A DNA stretch of 64,000 bases, from positions 246,655-310,654 of IMG/VR virus record IMGVR_UViG_3300047472_000309; one strand, written 5' to 3'. The notes under the pieces are model-generated. The model had not been told where the DNA came from. It searched no databases and was given only the letters and a program-made list of their open reading frames with translations. Positions 1 to 10,191 of this stretch are shown in pieces. The translations under genes were made by a program, and so were the position numbers. How positions within the stretch are numbered: the first letter of the stretch is position 1; each line of letters opens with the position of its first letter.

Positions 1-440
1 ACGCAGTCAAATGACCCGGTGTACCCGTAGGAGGTCGACAGCGCAGTCAACGTCACGTGGGTGTTACCGTCGCTGCCGGTCGTGGTCTGCGCGTCGGCAA
101 TATCTGCCATCGTGAGCGTGAAGCCATACTGGTCACGAATCGTGGTGAGCACCGTGGACACATCGTTACCCGGTGCGGCCGTAATCAGCACCGGCGAGAA
201 GTTGGACCACGCACCCAGATCGAGTCGATCGTAGTACAGCGTCAGGTAGCCCCGCATGGGAGCGCCCGGATTCATCAACACACTAACTTTGGTGTTCTTT
301 CCACCCGCCACGTCCGCTTGTTCAGCGGTGGTCGTAGGCTTGATAGCCTGGACAGTGAATTGGCTTGAAGTAACCGTCAGGCCAGAGGCCGCACTGATCA
401 TTGACGCGAGGTCATCAATCGAGCTTTGATACAGACTCAC
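1..440 (-). CDS. Tail/baseplate-periphery paralog-family protein, 5' part (runs off the window edge)
   Basis: Not in the ORF track; translated by hand from GTG at 440 with SD GGAGG at 446-450: MSLYQSSIDDLASMISAASG...KNTKVSV...RGYLTLYYDRLDLG...YGFTLTMADI...SYGYTGS, matching the family motifs of the neighbouring genes. Confidence 0.8.
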   Translation of the reverse strand, partial: MSLYQSSIDDLASMISAASGLTVTSSQFTVQAIKPTTTAEQADVAGGKNTKVSVLMNPGAPMRGYLTLYYDRLDLGAWSNFSPVLITAAPGNDVSTVLTTIRDQYGFTLTMADIADAQTTTGSDGNTHVTLTALSTSYGYTGSFDC

Positions 441-452
441 GCTGACCTCCCG

Positions 453-1334
453 TTAATTAAAATGCAAGTAGAGCTGACCCTGAAACCAGGACCCTGCGAC
501 AGCCGTGATCACTGTCACGTTAGCGTACTTGTTACTGTTCGCACCCGGCACGCTTGCAGCGGGCAGCACATAGCGCGTCATCGCCAAATTACCCAGACCG
601 CCTTGGGTAGCTGAATCCTGCCCACTGAAATTCAGGTCTGGGCGGCTTTGTTGCAAATACGCGAGCACAGCCGAGTAGTTCGCCTGGGTCCAGTTGGTCG
701 GTGTGGCTGACGCAACGGACGAAGGCAAAGCCAGCAAGGCCGTGCGAATCTGTGAGCAATCCAACCCATAGGTCAACACGTCGGCTTGGGGCTTACGGCC
801 ACCGCCAAAGGTATTGCCCCCTGGATACAGCTTACCAGCGAGCACTTGATTCGTGATCGCCTGGTGCATGGTCGGCACCCCCTGCGTCCACTTAAACGTG
901 AACGAGCCTTCGTAGCACAGCGAGCCTGCGACGATCGAAACCGGGTACGACGTTCCGGAGGTAAAGCTCGTGTTGCTAAAGTCACTCGGCACCAACTCCG
1001 TACCGTACTTCGTATTGAACGCCGTACAGAACTGCGCCGCCGTCATGGTAGTTGAGCCGAGATAGTTATCCAGCGTCAACGTCATGCTGCGGAAAAGATT
1101 GGCGAGGTTAATTCGCCGGTAGTACAGCGTCTGCGTCCCGATATACTTACCGAGGTTACCCGGCACTGAGAGCAGTCTAAGACTCGTGTCCTGGATCTGT
1201 CCCGACCCAGGCGTTACTGCAGTTGGCACCAACGTCCGAAGCATGTCGACCGTCAGCGGCACCTTCAAGCCCGGATTCGACGTGTTAATCAACCCGAGCA
1301 AGGTGTTCAACTGCGTGTCAAGAAATGGGTACAT
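453..1334 (-). CDS. Tail/baseplate-periphery paralog-family virion protein (phiKZ gp131-135-like N-domain)
   Basis: LLGLINTSNP, YIGTQTLYYRRINL, SLCYEGS and C-terminal GQLYLHFN motifs shared across the array; SD GAGG. Confidence 0.75.
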   Translation of the reverse strand: MYPFLDTQLNTLLGLINTSNPGLKVPLTVDMLRTLVPTAVTPGSGQIQDTSLRLLSVPGNLGKYIGTQTLYYRRINLANLFRSMTLTLDNYLGSTTMTAAQFCTAFNTKYGTELVPSDFSNTSFTSGTSYPVSIVAGSLCYEGSFTFKWTQGVPTMHQAITNQVLAGKLYPGGNTFGGGRKPQADVLTYGLDCSQIRTALLALPSSVASATPTNWTQANYSAVLAYLQQSRPDLNFSGQDSATQGGLGNLAMTRYVLPAASVPGANSNKYANVTVITAVAGSWFQGQLYLHFN

Positions 1335-1386
1335 TCAACACCTCGTTTCAGGGAGTGGGGGTGACCCACTCCCCTATGCTCTCGAC

Positions 1387-2280
1387 TTAGAAGTTGTTCG
1401 GGTCGAACGGATCGTTGTAGTGCAGATACAACGTGCCCGAAGGCGTCGTCTGACTCGCCGCCAGCTGAATGGCCATCACGTACTTGTACGCCGGATTAGT
1501 CGGATTGTTCACTGCGTCATTCAGTCCGTTCGAGAGAATGGTCGCCCCCGTCAAGTTCCAAGTCGTGTTCGCACCCGTGTCCACCCACAACGCCTTACCT
1601 GCGCCAACATCTACCGCCTGGATAGCGGCTAACACGGCATCGAGCTGCGCTTGCGTCATCGCGCCCGGCGCATAGGTGAGGAAGGTCGATTGCCATGACG
1701 TAAAGTCGTACGGATACAGATAGGCCGGACCGTACACCGCGGTAGCGGGCGGTGCTGACGCATCGGCCACCGGATAGTTAATACCCGGCAATTGCGTGGT
1801 CGAGGCAGCTGCATCAAGCGGCACGCCGCCTGCGACGACATTGAGCATCACACTACCTTGCCAGCCAAGCGAATTCGGATCGGCCGAAAGCTGCACCTGA
1901 CCCGTACCGTCGCCATTGAGCGTGATGGGCAGATTCTGCAAATCCCCCTGCACGAACTGGATACCCAGGTAGTATGCGAGCTGCGGTAGGATGTCCCAGG
2001 TCGTCTGAGGGTTGCTCACGGCCAGATCCGTGACACCGGGCAGATTGGCCAGCTGGGCCAAATCGAGGCGATTGTAGAGAATCACCTGCGAGCCTTGATA
2101 ACTTACTGAAGCCGCCGTTACTTTCACAGCGGTGTTGCGATCGCTTGACAGACCTTGCCAGGTCCCCGAGACCACTTTCGGATTCGAGAACGACAGATCA
2201 GACGCCATAAACGGCGTCGCATTGGCCGCGTTGATCGCGTTCAGCAAATCAGTCAAGGATGGGAGTTGAAAAGTCGACAT
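1387..2280 (-). CDS. Tail paralog-family virion protein
   Basis: LLNAINAAN, YQGSQVILYNRLDL, SLGWQGS, GTLYLHYN. Confidence 0.75.
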   Translation of the reverse strand: MSTFQLPSLTDLLNAINAANATPFMASDLSFSNPKVVSGTWQGLSSDRNTAVKVTAASVSYQGSQVILYNRLDLAQLANLPGVTDLAVSNPQTTWDILPQLAYYLGIQFVQGDLQNLPITLNGDGTGQVQLSADPNSLGWQGSVMLNVVAGGVPLDAAASTTQLPGINYPVADASAPPATAVYGPAYLYPYDFTSWQSTFLTYAPGAMTQAQLDAVLAAIQAVDVGAGKALWVDTGANTTWNLTGATILSNGLNDAVNNPTNPAYKYVMAIQLAASQTTPSGTLYLHYNDPFDPNNF

Positions 2281-2289
2281 ATCTCACCC

Positions 2290-3267
2290 TTAAACGTTGT
2301 AATGCAAGATGATCCGGCCCGCACCCCACGACGCTGCTCCAGGCAGATCGAGATACAGTGCGCGATTGAAGTACTTGCTGTCCGCTTCCGGCAGGGCCGC
2401 ACTGGGCAGGGTCACGTTCGTGAACTTTAGCCCATACAGACTGTACGGGGTCGAGGCCGGATTGGTGAAGTTGTACTGCCCGACGGTTGCTGCGTTGATC
2501 GAAGCCAGCAGCGAGTTATGGACTGTCGCGCCTGTGCCGGTTTGGGTGCCCAGGGCGTAGCTGGTCAAGTAAACAAGGACTTGAGCCAAGCTCTGGCTCG
2601 CCGCTACACCCGCTTGGTTAAGCGCATTAGTCCAGTCAATCGAGTAGAAATCCAGATCCGGCACGTAGATCGAGTTATCGACCACGTTACGCCCACCAGG
2701 GAACACTCGCGCGTTTTCCAGACTCGTCACCGAAATCATCGAACCGATGTCTTGCGGCGCTTGCACCCAGTAAAGCGCAAAGCTCCCGATGAAACCGGGG
2801 CTGCCGGTGGCGGCAGCGACGTTCACCGAGCTGTTACGCGTGCCTGCGGCCAGACCGATCGCCGCAACGGCGTTGGTGTTACCCGCGGGCAGGCTTGCAT
2901 CGACGATGTCGGTTGCGCTCAGGCTCAGACCGTACTTGGCGTTGATCGATGGCAACAAGTCCGAGATCTTGTACGGGGAAACACCTGCTCCAGCAGGCGA
3001 ATACTTGTAAATAACGATCGGCAGATTGCGAAACAAAATGCCGAAATCCAACCGACGATACAACAGCGTGGTGTTACCCACGTATTTGGTTCCGGCCTGT
3101 GCGGTGACCTTGATCGACGTATTCTGAACATTACCGCCCGTGGGAGTGACAGCGGTCGGCGTCCCGTAAAGCGCATTCGTCGCGGTCAGCGGTACAGGCA
3201 GAGAGGGATTCGCTTGGTTGATCAGGTCAACCAGCATCTGCATGGACTGCTTGGGATAAAGAGACAT
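2290..3267 (-). CDS. Tail paralog-family virion protein
   Basis: LVDLINQANP, YVGNTTLLYRRLDF, GRIILHYNV. Confidence 0.75.
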   Translation of the reverse strand: MSLYPKQSMQMLVDLINQANPSLPVPLTATNALYGTPTAVTPTGGNVQNTSIKVTAQAGTKYVGNTTLLYRRLDFGILFRNLPIVIYKYSPAGAGVSPYKISDLLPSINAKYGLSLSATDIVDASLPAGNTNAVAAIGLAAGTRNSSVNVAAATGSPGFIGSFALYWVQAPQDIGSMISVTSLENARVFPGGRNVVDNSIYVPDLDFYSIDWTNALNQAGVAASQSLAQVLVYLTSYALGTQTGTGATVHNSLLASINAATVGQYNFTNPASTPYSLYGLKFTNVTLPSAALPEADSKYFNRALYLDLPGAASWGAGRIILHYNV

Positions 3268-3277
3268 GGTTCAAGCC

Positions 3278-4153
3278 CTAACGATTTTCGAGGACGTTGT
3301 AGTGAAAGTACAGGGCGCTGCCATAGAAGACGCCGCCCCAAATCGTACCGAGAATCACTACCCGATCAAAATTCTTGTTGCTGTCGGCAATCTGCGAGGT
3401 CGCATAATCACTTGCGCCGGTTCGATTGTACTGGGCGTCCGGAAAGTAAGGAATCCCGACTTTCGCACAGGCTGCGCTAAGCGTCGCGTAGTCCGCAATG
3501 CCGTTGTAGCCGACGTACTGGTTAAGAGCGTAGTACTTGATCGCCAACGCATCACGCATCGACGTGAAGTCGTAGTTCCACAGGTAATCGCGGCCATTCA
3601 AACGGTACGGCTGATGGTTGACGAGCGCGGCACTATAGTCATCAAACATCGTGTTCAGTCGATTGCTGGCGACCACCACATTCAGGTGCGGCTTGTCGTG
3701 GGTAATCGTGATGTCGACTGAGCCTTTCCACCCGAGCGAGTCATCGGCTGCTACCAGCGTCACGGTGCTCGACTGCAATAACGGCGGTGTGGTGATGTCC
3801 TGGGGAACGAAATCGTCCTCTTGCAGGAACGTCCCCAAGGACGCATTCATCAACGTAGCGATGCTCGCCAGCGTAAAGTTATCGAGCGACGCGAGCGACA
3901 CCTTGCCAGCGAGATTGGAGAGGGGCACGCGGGTGTATTGAATCACCGCGTCCCCGTAGTAGCCGCGACCTGGCACCCCTGTGACGTCCACCGTGGTATC
4001 GTAGCCCACTGCACCATCTGGCGCAGCTTGCGGCGTACCGAAAATCAGGTTCTTATCCGAGAAGATCGGATTCGGGGTGAACGTCTCATTGAGCAGGATA
4101 ATCAGCTGCTCTCCGGAGAGAGTCGTCGGCTGTGACGTAATGCCTGTCATCAC
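3278..4153 (-). CDS. Tail paralog-family virion protein
   Basis: YYGDAVIQYTRVPL, SLGWKGS, ALYFHYN; SD AAGGAG. Confidence 0.75.
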   Translation of the reverse strand: MMTGITSQPTTLSGEQLIILLNETFTPNPIFSDKNLIFGTPQAAPDGAVGYDTTVDVTGVPGRGYYGDAVIQYTRVPLSNLAGKVSLASLDNFTLASIATLMNASLGTFLQEDDFVPQDITTPPLLQSSTVTLVAADDSLGWKGSVDITITHDKPHLNVVVASNRLNTMFDDYSAALVNHQPYRLNGRDYLWNYDFTSMRDALAIKYYALNQYVGYNGIADYATLSAACAKVGIPYFPDAQYNRTGASDYATSQIADSNKNFDRVVILGTIWGGVFYGSALYFHYNVLENR

Positions 4154-4165
4154 TCTCTCCTTGGT

Positions 4166-5668
4166 TTAATCAACATAGAACGGATCGGTGTTCGGTGTGA
4201 AGGCTGCCGAATACCGCGCGACGTGACTGATACGCAGCTCTTCGATAAAGCCGTTTTGCACCACGGCCGGACCGAAGTACTGGGTCGCCCCGATATAAAG
4301 CCCGTCGCTATTCACACCCCAGTTACCAAAGGTGCTACTGGTCGCGACTGGCACGCCATTCACGTAGAGCGTTGCTACGCCGCTGAGACTCACGAGTGCC
4401 ACGTGGTTCCACGCGCTGACATTCAGCCCCGCCCCATCAATCTCCTGGCTGCCGTCTGCGTTGTAAGCGTAAAGCCGCCCACCATTCACCGACAGCGCAT
4501 TGCCCGAACCCTTTGCCACCAACACCTGATGCGTCGTGATGTCGCTCAGGAAGGTATTGAACTCAATGGTAAAGTCGCCCGTCAATCGCAGTTCCGGTGC
4601 ATCCGGCGTCGTTACGCCGCCGTTGCCCGGAATCAGCAACGACGAACCACCCCAGAGCGACTGCGCAGTGGAAATCGCTGCGCCGCCGTTGGCGGTGAGT
4701 ACCCGCGCCGGATAGGCCTGGTCATGCAAAACAGTCGAGCCATTGATACCGTCAAAGCGCAACAACATCGCGGTCTTCACGGGCGGCAACACGTCGGTGT
4801 TCGCATACGGGTCGATGAGACCATAATGCAGGAACATGTAACCGGAGTAACCCAGCGAGTACGAGTTGTTCAGCTTGACAATCAGTACGTACTGGTAAGC
4901 CGGGTTGGGGGTACAGATCGAATCGCCCAGCGGCACGAAGTCCGACACCAGGCCGTTGTACACCACCGAAGCGCCTTGCAAGCTGTACTGGGCCGCCGCG
5001 GTGTTGGTCCAGTTGTTACCGGTCAATGCTTTCAGATCCAGCGTCAACTGCGTGAGGTCATTGCTTGCCGTCGTGTAGTTCTGCAAATGCGCCTGATACG
5101 GCGTCATGTCGCGGAAGTACGAATACAGCTCACCGAAGGGCTTGCCTGCATCAGTATTCGGATACAACAGACCCGCGAGCGTGGTGCCGGTAGCCACTGT
5201 GCCCAGATCGTAGTTACCAGCTTGGAACGGCAGCGTCACCGAACCAATCCAGCCTAACGAATTGGGCTGCGCAGTCAAGGTGACGGAGCCCGAGCCATCC
5301 GGGCCAATCACCAGCGGCGTGCTGTCGTTCAGGTCGCCTGCAACAAAGTTCAGACCGAAGTTCGCATTGAGCACAGCCCAGAAATCTGCGACCGTGGTCC
5401 AGCCGTTGCCAAAGATCGGCTGGGGCAAGAGGATCGCCAAGTCCGCCAGATTCAGGCGTCGATAATAAACCGTTTGCGCGCCTTGGTACGGCGCATTGAC
5501 ATCGTTGACCGTAATTAGCAGCGACGTGTTTTCAATTCCCTGGGGGTCCTGATAGACGACAGGATTGCCAAAGATGTACTGACTGGGCACGAGTGTCACG
5601 CCCTTGTTCTGAGCCGCAATCGCACTCAGAATCGCAGTCAGTGGTGCGGGATAAAGCGTTTGCGCCAT
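4166..5668 (-). CDS. Tail paralog-family protein with an appended concanavalin A-like/LamG domain
   Basis: Family motifs up to MFLHYG, then a ~200-aa LamG-type tail (LLRFDG, GDFTIE, WNHVALV, LYVNG, GFIEELRIS..ARY). Confidence 0.8.
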   Translation of the reverse strand: MAQTLYPAPLTAILSAIAAQNKGVTLVPSQYIFGNPVVYQDPQGIENTSLLITVNDVNAPYQGAQTVYYRRLNLADLAILLPQPIFGNGWTTVADFWAVLNANFGLNFVAGDLNDSTPLVIGPDGSGSVTLTAQPNSLGWIGSVTLPFQAGNYDLGTVATGTTLAGLLYPNTDAGKPFGELYSYFRDMTPYQAHLQNYTTASNDLTQLTLDLKALTGNNWTNTAAAQYSLQGASVVYNGLVSDFVPLGDSICTPNPAYQYVLIVKLNNSYSLGYSGYMFLHYGLIDPYANTDVLPPVKTAMLLRFDGINGSTVLHDQAYPARVLTANGGAAISTAQSLWGGSSLLIPGNGGVTTPDAPELRLTGDFTIEFNTFLSDITTHQVLVAKGSGNALSVNGGRLYAYNADGSQEIDGAGLNVSAWNHVALVSLSGVATLYVNGVPVATSSTFGNWGVNSDGLYIGATQYFGPAVVQNGFIEELRISHVARYSAAFTPNTDPFYVD

Positions 5669-5676
5669 GACTAATC

Positions 5677-6507
5677 CTAGCTCTGGTTATAGTGGATGAG
5701 CGCCGCGCCTACGTAGGTGCCACCCACCACGTTTTTCTGAACCACGACCCGCTCAAAGCTGGTGTTCGCGCCAGGATACTTCGAAGTCGCGTAATCGGTC
5801 ACCATGCCTGCTACAGGGGTGGGCCAGTCGGTGTAGCCAAACTGTTTCTGAATCGCTGCCTTGAGCAACGCCAGATTACTCCAGGTACCATTCGCGCTCA
5901 CGGCCAGCGCATTGGCTGCGGCCGTCGTGCTGTAGAACGGCGACATATCGACATTCCACATCTGCATGCCGATGTCAAGCTTATTGAGCGTCGGGTCGAT
6001 CTTATCGTAGTTTTGTGTGTCCAAACTCACACTGCGGATAACCGAAGAGAGTTCCGGCCAGATCCGGTGAAATTCCAATACCATCGAGCCGGTATAGCCG
6101 AGCGAAGTCGGTTTGGCGACGATGTTAATATTGACTGCCGCGCCTGCGTCGACGCGCGCGATGTTGGTATCAACGACGTCGTCCTGGGTAAAGTTCAACC
6201 CCAGGTACGCATTGACCGTGTCGAGCATGTGGTACAACGTATCGGCACCCACACTGCGCATGACCGGAATATAGTCGTAGGCTTGCGTGAGGTTAATGCG
6301 CTGATACTTAAAATCCTGATACCCGTGATATACCGTCCCCAACACCCCAGTGGTCGGGACGATAGAAGACTTGCCGTCCGAGGCACTCGGGTCCAGACGT
6401 GCGCCGCCCAGATACAGGTTACTTTTCGTAACCGGTGTCGGAAGATGCGGGTTTGCCTGATTAATGAGTGCCAACAGCCGGTCGGAAGCGACTGGCACAA
6501 AAGACAT
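5677..6507 (-). CDS. Tail paralog-family virion protein
   Basis: LLALINQANP, YQRINL, SLGYTGS, GAALIHYN. Confidence 0.75.
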   Translation of the reverse strand: MSFVPVASDRLLALINQANPHLPTPVTKSNLYLGGARLDPSASDGKSSIVPTTGVLGTVYHGYQDFKYQRINLTQAYDYIPVMRSVGADTLYHMLDTVNAYLGLNFTQDDVVDTNIARVDAGAAVNINIVAKPTSLGYTGSMVLEFHRIWPELSSVIRSVSLDTQNYDKIDPTLNKLDIGMQMWNVDMSPFYSTTAAANALAVSANGTWSNLALLKAAIQKQFGYTDWPTPVAGMVTDYATSKYPGANTSFERVVVQKNVVGGTYVGAALIHYNQS

Positions 6508-6579
6508 ACGTACCCCTTAACGAATAAAGAGGGGACCCGAAGGTCCCCTCTCGTTTTAGGTCTGAACCAACAAAACGAC

Positions 6580-7110
6580 TTAAGCCGGTTGGGTGTACAC
6601 GAGACCCGTGAGCGTCGGTGACGTAATGACGCTCGACAGCGGAATGTCGTTGGACTTGAGCGTGAGGGTCATCACGCCTTCGTAGACGACCGAATCCGCC
6701 GTGGCTGCAATCTGGAAGTTGTGCTCTTCGTTCGGGATGCCGCCGGTGAAGGTCGGCAGCGGGCCGTCCGTGTAATCAGCCGCCGTCAGGTTGATCTGGT
6801 AGGCGACGTTCACTTCCGGAATCATATCCGAAATGTTCACCGCATTACCGAGCGCGTAGGTCGTCGAGCGCGCGCCCGGAATCGTTGCCAGGTCCACCCG
6901 GTTGTAGTTCACCACCACATCGCCCGTGTAGCCCGAACCCGCTTGCGCGGACACCGTGATTTGCGTGTCCGGGTTCGGATTGGTACCCGTCATGGCCGTC
7001 GGAATCCCGAAGGAGATCAGAGCGAGCGTCAGGGCACTGGCGTTGTCGTGGTTGATCTGATCCAGAAGGACCTGATCGGGGTCTTTGGTAAAGTCAAGTT
7101 GCCATGCCAT
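6580..7110 (-). CDS. Short tail paralog-family protein (N-domain only)
   Basis: Start moved to MAWQLDF (ATG at 7110); YTGDVVVNYNRVDL; ends IPLSSVITSPTLTGLVYTQPA. Confidence 0.75.
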   Translation of the reverse strand: MAWQLDFTKDPDQVLLDQINHDNASALTLALISFGIPTAMTGTNPNPDTQITVSAQAGSGYTGDVVVNYNRVDLATIPGARSTTYALGNAVNISDMIPEVNVAYQINLTAADYTDGPLPTFTGGIPNEEHNFQIAATADSVVYEGVMTLTLKSNDIPLSSVITSPTLTGLVYTQPA

Positions 7111-7184
7111 TTTCGTTACCTTCTGGAAGGTTAATGGAGTCGAAGAAAACACACATTCGCATAGGATGCGCCAACTTTTACTGC

Positions 7185-7724
7185 TTACACAGGGGGCTGG
7201 ACGTAGACCAGACCACTCAGCGTAGGACGAACAATCACCGAACTGAGGGGAATTAACGCCCCCGGTAATTGAACCTGGAACTCATAAGTCGAGTCCAGCC
7301 ATGCTAGGGAATTGGCACCGATTACACTGAGCGTGTAGGTGCTTTGTTCTTCGCGGTAGACTGTGTCTTCAACCTCGTCGGGCGTCAGGTTAAGGCCCAA
7401 CGCTTCGTTGATCGCATCCAACGAAGCATGAATAGAAAACGGAAACGCCTCGATGACGACGGGCTTAATAAAACCCGCAGGGAGCAACGACAGTACGCTT
7501 AATGGTAGACGCCAGTAATGGATGTCCTCCGGCCCCACGTAGTCGGTCCCTGCTGCCGGAGTAAGCGTCACCTGGGTGTTCCGCCCCCGAGCATCGGAAT
7601 ACTCTTGGGGTTGTCCATACGTAAAATCAACGTGCTCAACCCGATGCAAGCCGGGGTTGTAGGCGTTAATCAAAGCGGTCAAACGATCGCTACTCAATCC
7701 ACCGTAAGGCTTAGGTGTGGCCAT
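7185..7724 (-). CDS. Short tail paralog-family protein (N-domain only)
   Basis: LTALINAYNP, YWRLPL; ends IPLSSVIVRPTLSGLVYVQPPV. Confidence 0.75.
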   Translation of the reverse strand: MATPKPYGGLSSDRLTALINAYNPGLHRVEHVDFTYGQPQEYSDARGRNTQVTLTPAAGTDYVGPEDIHYWRLPLSVLSLLPAGFIKPVVIEAFPFSIHASLDAINEALGLNLTPDEVEDTVYREEQSTYTLSVIGANSLAWLDSTYEFQVQLPGALIPLSSVIVRPTLSGLVYVQPPV

Positions 7725-7790
7725 GGTGTTGGTCCCGAGATTGAATAATTAATCATAGAATTGACGATATTTTCTTACTGGACCATGCCA

Positions 7791-7822
7791 ACGGCATAAA
7801 GGGAGAGCCGAAGCTCTCCCCT
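7791..7822 (-). terminator. Hairpin terminator followed by TTTATGCCGT
   Basis: GGGAGAGC-TTCG-GCTCTCCC followed by TTTATGCCGT on the minus strand. Confidence 0.7.
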
Positions 7823-7826
7823 TAAG

Positions 7827-8078
7827 TCAGGGCGTTAAAGCACGCAACCCTTGATAGCCGTGAGTGTCTTCCTTGAAACAGCGAAAGGGCTGACACACCT
7901 GCAAGATCGCCCCGTGTTCGAGATCGGCTACGAGTAACCGCGCGAACTCTGCCACCGGGATCAACGGCGTAGCCTGGGGCAAGAACGGAGTGATAAAGGA
8001 CATGGTGCCAGCCGTTGCGGCAACCACCACATAGACAAGCGCTGCCATCATGAGCGCTCGGGCCAGCAGCTGACGCAT
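7827..8078 (-). CDS. Small hypothetical membrane/secreted protein
   Basis: Hydrophobic N-terminus; SD GAGGGGAG; fills the gap between a gene and a terminator. Confidence 0.55.
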   Translation of the reverse strand: MRQLLARALMMAALVYVVVAATAGTMSFITPFLPQATPLIPVAEFARLLVADLEHGAILQVCQPFRCFKEDTHGYQGLRALTP

Positions 8079-8117
8079 GGTGCTCCCCTCGTAAAACGTC
8101 GACGCTATCGTGCTCGA

Positions 8118-9479
8118 CTACGACGTCCCCTGAGACTGGCCTTGCGTAAAGATCGTGAGCGCAGTACGGGTGACGTGTCGCGCTACGGTCAAACCTGGAG
8201 CCGCCATTTGTACGGAGTGGTGAGCCTTCAGGAGAACCCCGTACATCTGCTCAATGGAGTCATCGGACAGATACAGAATACGTAGCATCATGCCGGGCAC
8301 AATCAACGAGGGATCGGTGTGCTCCCACACGAGACCCACGAGACCACCATTGCGCTGAGCCAATGCCGAGTATTCCAGATAAGGATTGGCAGTGATGCGG
8401 TTAGGCGATACCTGCACATTATTCATGCCGTTGGGTCGCTGCACCGAGACAAATTCACTGTTGGTCGAGCCGCGTGCCGCGAGGGTCTTATTGTCCTGGG
8501 TGTAGACAAAGCCCTCCATCATCTTGCTGGCATCAGCAAAGCGCAAACCGTTGCCTTGCGAGAGCTGCTTGGAGTCGGAGTTGTCCTGCGTCTTCACCTT
8601 GCCAGTCGCCAGGATGACGAGGTTGCTGCCGTCTTGCCGATACGTGCGATCCAGGTTCGGGTACTTATTCTCCGGGATGATGATAATCGTCGCCTGTGAG
8701 AACGCCTGGCTGTAGCGTGTCGGATCGTAAAGCGGATAGACATGCCAGAAGCCGTCTTGCAGGTAATAACCCATTCCGGCACCGTACACGCCCCCGCACT
8801 TCTCCTGCACGTACTTCGGCAGGTTCACGAGCTTCGTGCCCTGCGGAATCACCAGGTGGTCGCGCTTGGTGGTATTATCCGCTGGCACCATTTGCACACC
8901 CTGCACCGCTTGCGCCCCATTCACCATGATGTTGCTCGACTGCTGGGTGAGCACACCGGTGATGACGTCTTGCGGCGTCATGTAGCGAAAGATGTTGCCG
9001 TAGGTGCGCATGCGCAATTGCTCGAGTGCCTTGTCCACCAACTGGAAGTTGATGTTTAAGAGCGAGACGCGATCCAGATCGTCTTCGGACACCACGTTAC
9101 GACCATTGCCGCTTAAGGTCGGGTTACCCCGATCCACCAGCGTGGCCGTAAAGCGCTGTTGCTGCACTTGCTGGGCAGTATTGGTCGTGTCCCCCGTTTC
9201 ACTCAACGGTGTCTTGATGATCGTGATGTCAAGATTGCTCTGATTGGGGTAGACCTGATACGCGTACTTCCCCGCTGGGATCAGGAGCTCCACCATCACC
9301 ACGTCACCGTAGTTCAGCTCATAGTCCGCCTGGATGTCATAGGACACCAGCTTAAGCGGCACCAGATCCACACCCGTGGCATTCAGGTGAATGATCGCGG
9401 ACCATGCAAAGTGCACGGGATTGGGCGCAGCAGTGATCGCTTGCACCTCTTGATACAATCCCGACTGTTCCAGTTCCAT
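8118..9479 (-). CDS. Virion structural protein, putative baseplate hub (phiKZ gp101-like)
   Basis: 453-aa beta-rich protein at the syntenic position; hub-like features (GMGYYLQDGFWHVYPLY, IVPGMMLRILY). Confidence 0.55.
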   Translation of the reverse strand: MELEQSGLYQEVQAITAAPNPVHFAWSAIIHLNATGVDLVPLKLVSYDIQADYELNYGDVVMVELLIPAGKYAYQVYPNQSNLDITIIKTPLSETGDTTNTAQQVQQQRFTATLVDRGNPTLSGNGRNVVSEDDLDRVSLLNINFQLVDKALEQLRMRTYGNIFRYMTPQDVITGVLTQQSSNIMVNGAQAVQGVQMVPADNTTKRDHLVIPQGTKLVNLPKYVQEKCGGVYGAGMGYYLQDGFWHVYPLYDPTRYSQAFSQATIIIIPENKYPNLDRTYRQDGSNLVILATGKVKTQDNSDSKQLSQGNGLRFADASKMMEGFVYTQDNKTLAARGSTNSEFVSVQRPNGMNNVQVSPNRITANPYLEYSALAQRNGGLVGLVWEHTDPSLIVPGMMLRILYLSDDSIEQMYGVLLKAHHSVQMAAPGLTVARHVTRTALTIFTQGQSQGTS

Positions 9480-9488
9480 AGGGGCTCC

Positions 9489-10175
9489 TTACTTCCACTT
9501 GTCGCTTAAGCCCGGCACGGGGGTACGCTCGCCACTCTTTTCCGGCAGCCTCTGTTGGGGCAACAGGCCGCGGTTCAAAGAGCCCGCCTGCAGGCGGCGA
9601 GCAAACACATCCGACATGTCCTGACGGTCCGGATATTGCTCGGCGAGTTTCTCCTCATCGGTGCGGGTATCCTGCGGCTGGATCGACGGCTTGGCAACGA
9701 ACATGTTGCCCCGCGAGACGCGCAGCGAGCTAGAGATGTGACGCTGCAACACGTCTTCCATCCACTGGTTGGTGAACTGGTACTTGGCGTGCGAGTAGAC
9801 GAGATTGGCAAACTGATCCAGATCCACCAGATCTTGCAAGGGCGCATCACCCGTATTGAGGCTTGACTCCAGATGCTTCTTCCAACCCTGCAGATGCAAA
9901 CTGATGGCCTCGTAAATCTCCTTGCAGTCGTTGCGGTTCTTCACATAGACATGCACGCCCGTCTTGGTGTACTCGACCATCCGTTCAATGGTGAGCATCC
10001 GATCTACCAGCTCATTGGCCGTTGCCCGATCTCGATCCGGGTCACCCGACATGGGTGTGCCAAAGTGTTTGATGTGCTCGACGGAGCGCGAGGCGTTAAA
10101 CGGCACACGACACCACCACAGCTTTTCAAAGATGTAGTAGTCCGTGGTAAAGGTTTCGTTGATAACAATAGGCAT
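9489..10175 (-). CDS. Conserved hypothetical protein (phiKZ gp100-like)
   Basis: 228-aa ORF within the structural operon; synteny. Confidence 0.6.
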   Translation of the reverse strand: MPIVINETFTTDYYIFEKLWWCRVPFNASRSVEHIKHFGTPMSGDPDRDRATANELVDRMLTIERMVEYTKTGVHVYVKNRNDCKEIYEAISLHLQGWKKHLESSLNTGDAPLQDLVDLDQFANLVYSHAKYQFTNQWMEDVLQRHISSSLRVSRGNMFVAKPSIQPQDTRTDEEKLAEQYPDRQDMSDVFARRLQAGSLNRGLLPQQRLPEKSGERTPVPGLSDKWK

Positions 10176-10191
10176 GATGGGGCCTTCCTTC

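Noticed and set aside
1-7724. Diversity-generating retroelement or invertase shufflon acting on the tail array
   Set aside because: No reverse transcriptase or recombinase, and no near-identical nucleotide repeats seen; the paralogs are deeply diverged
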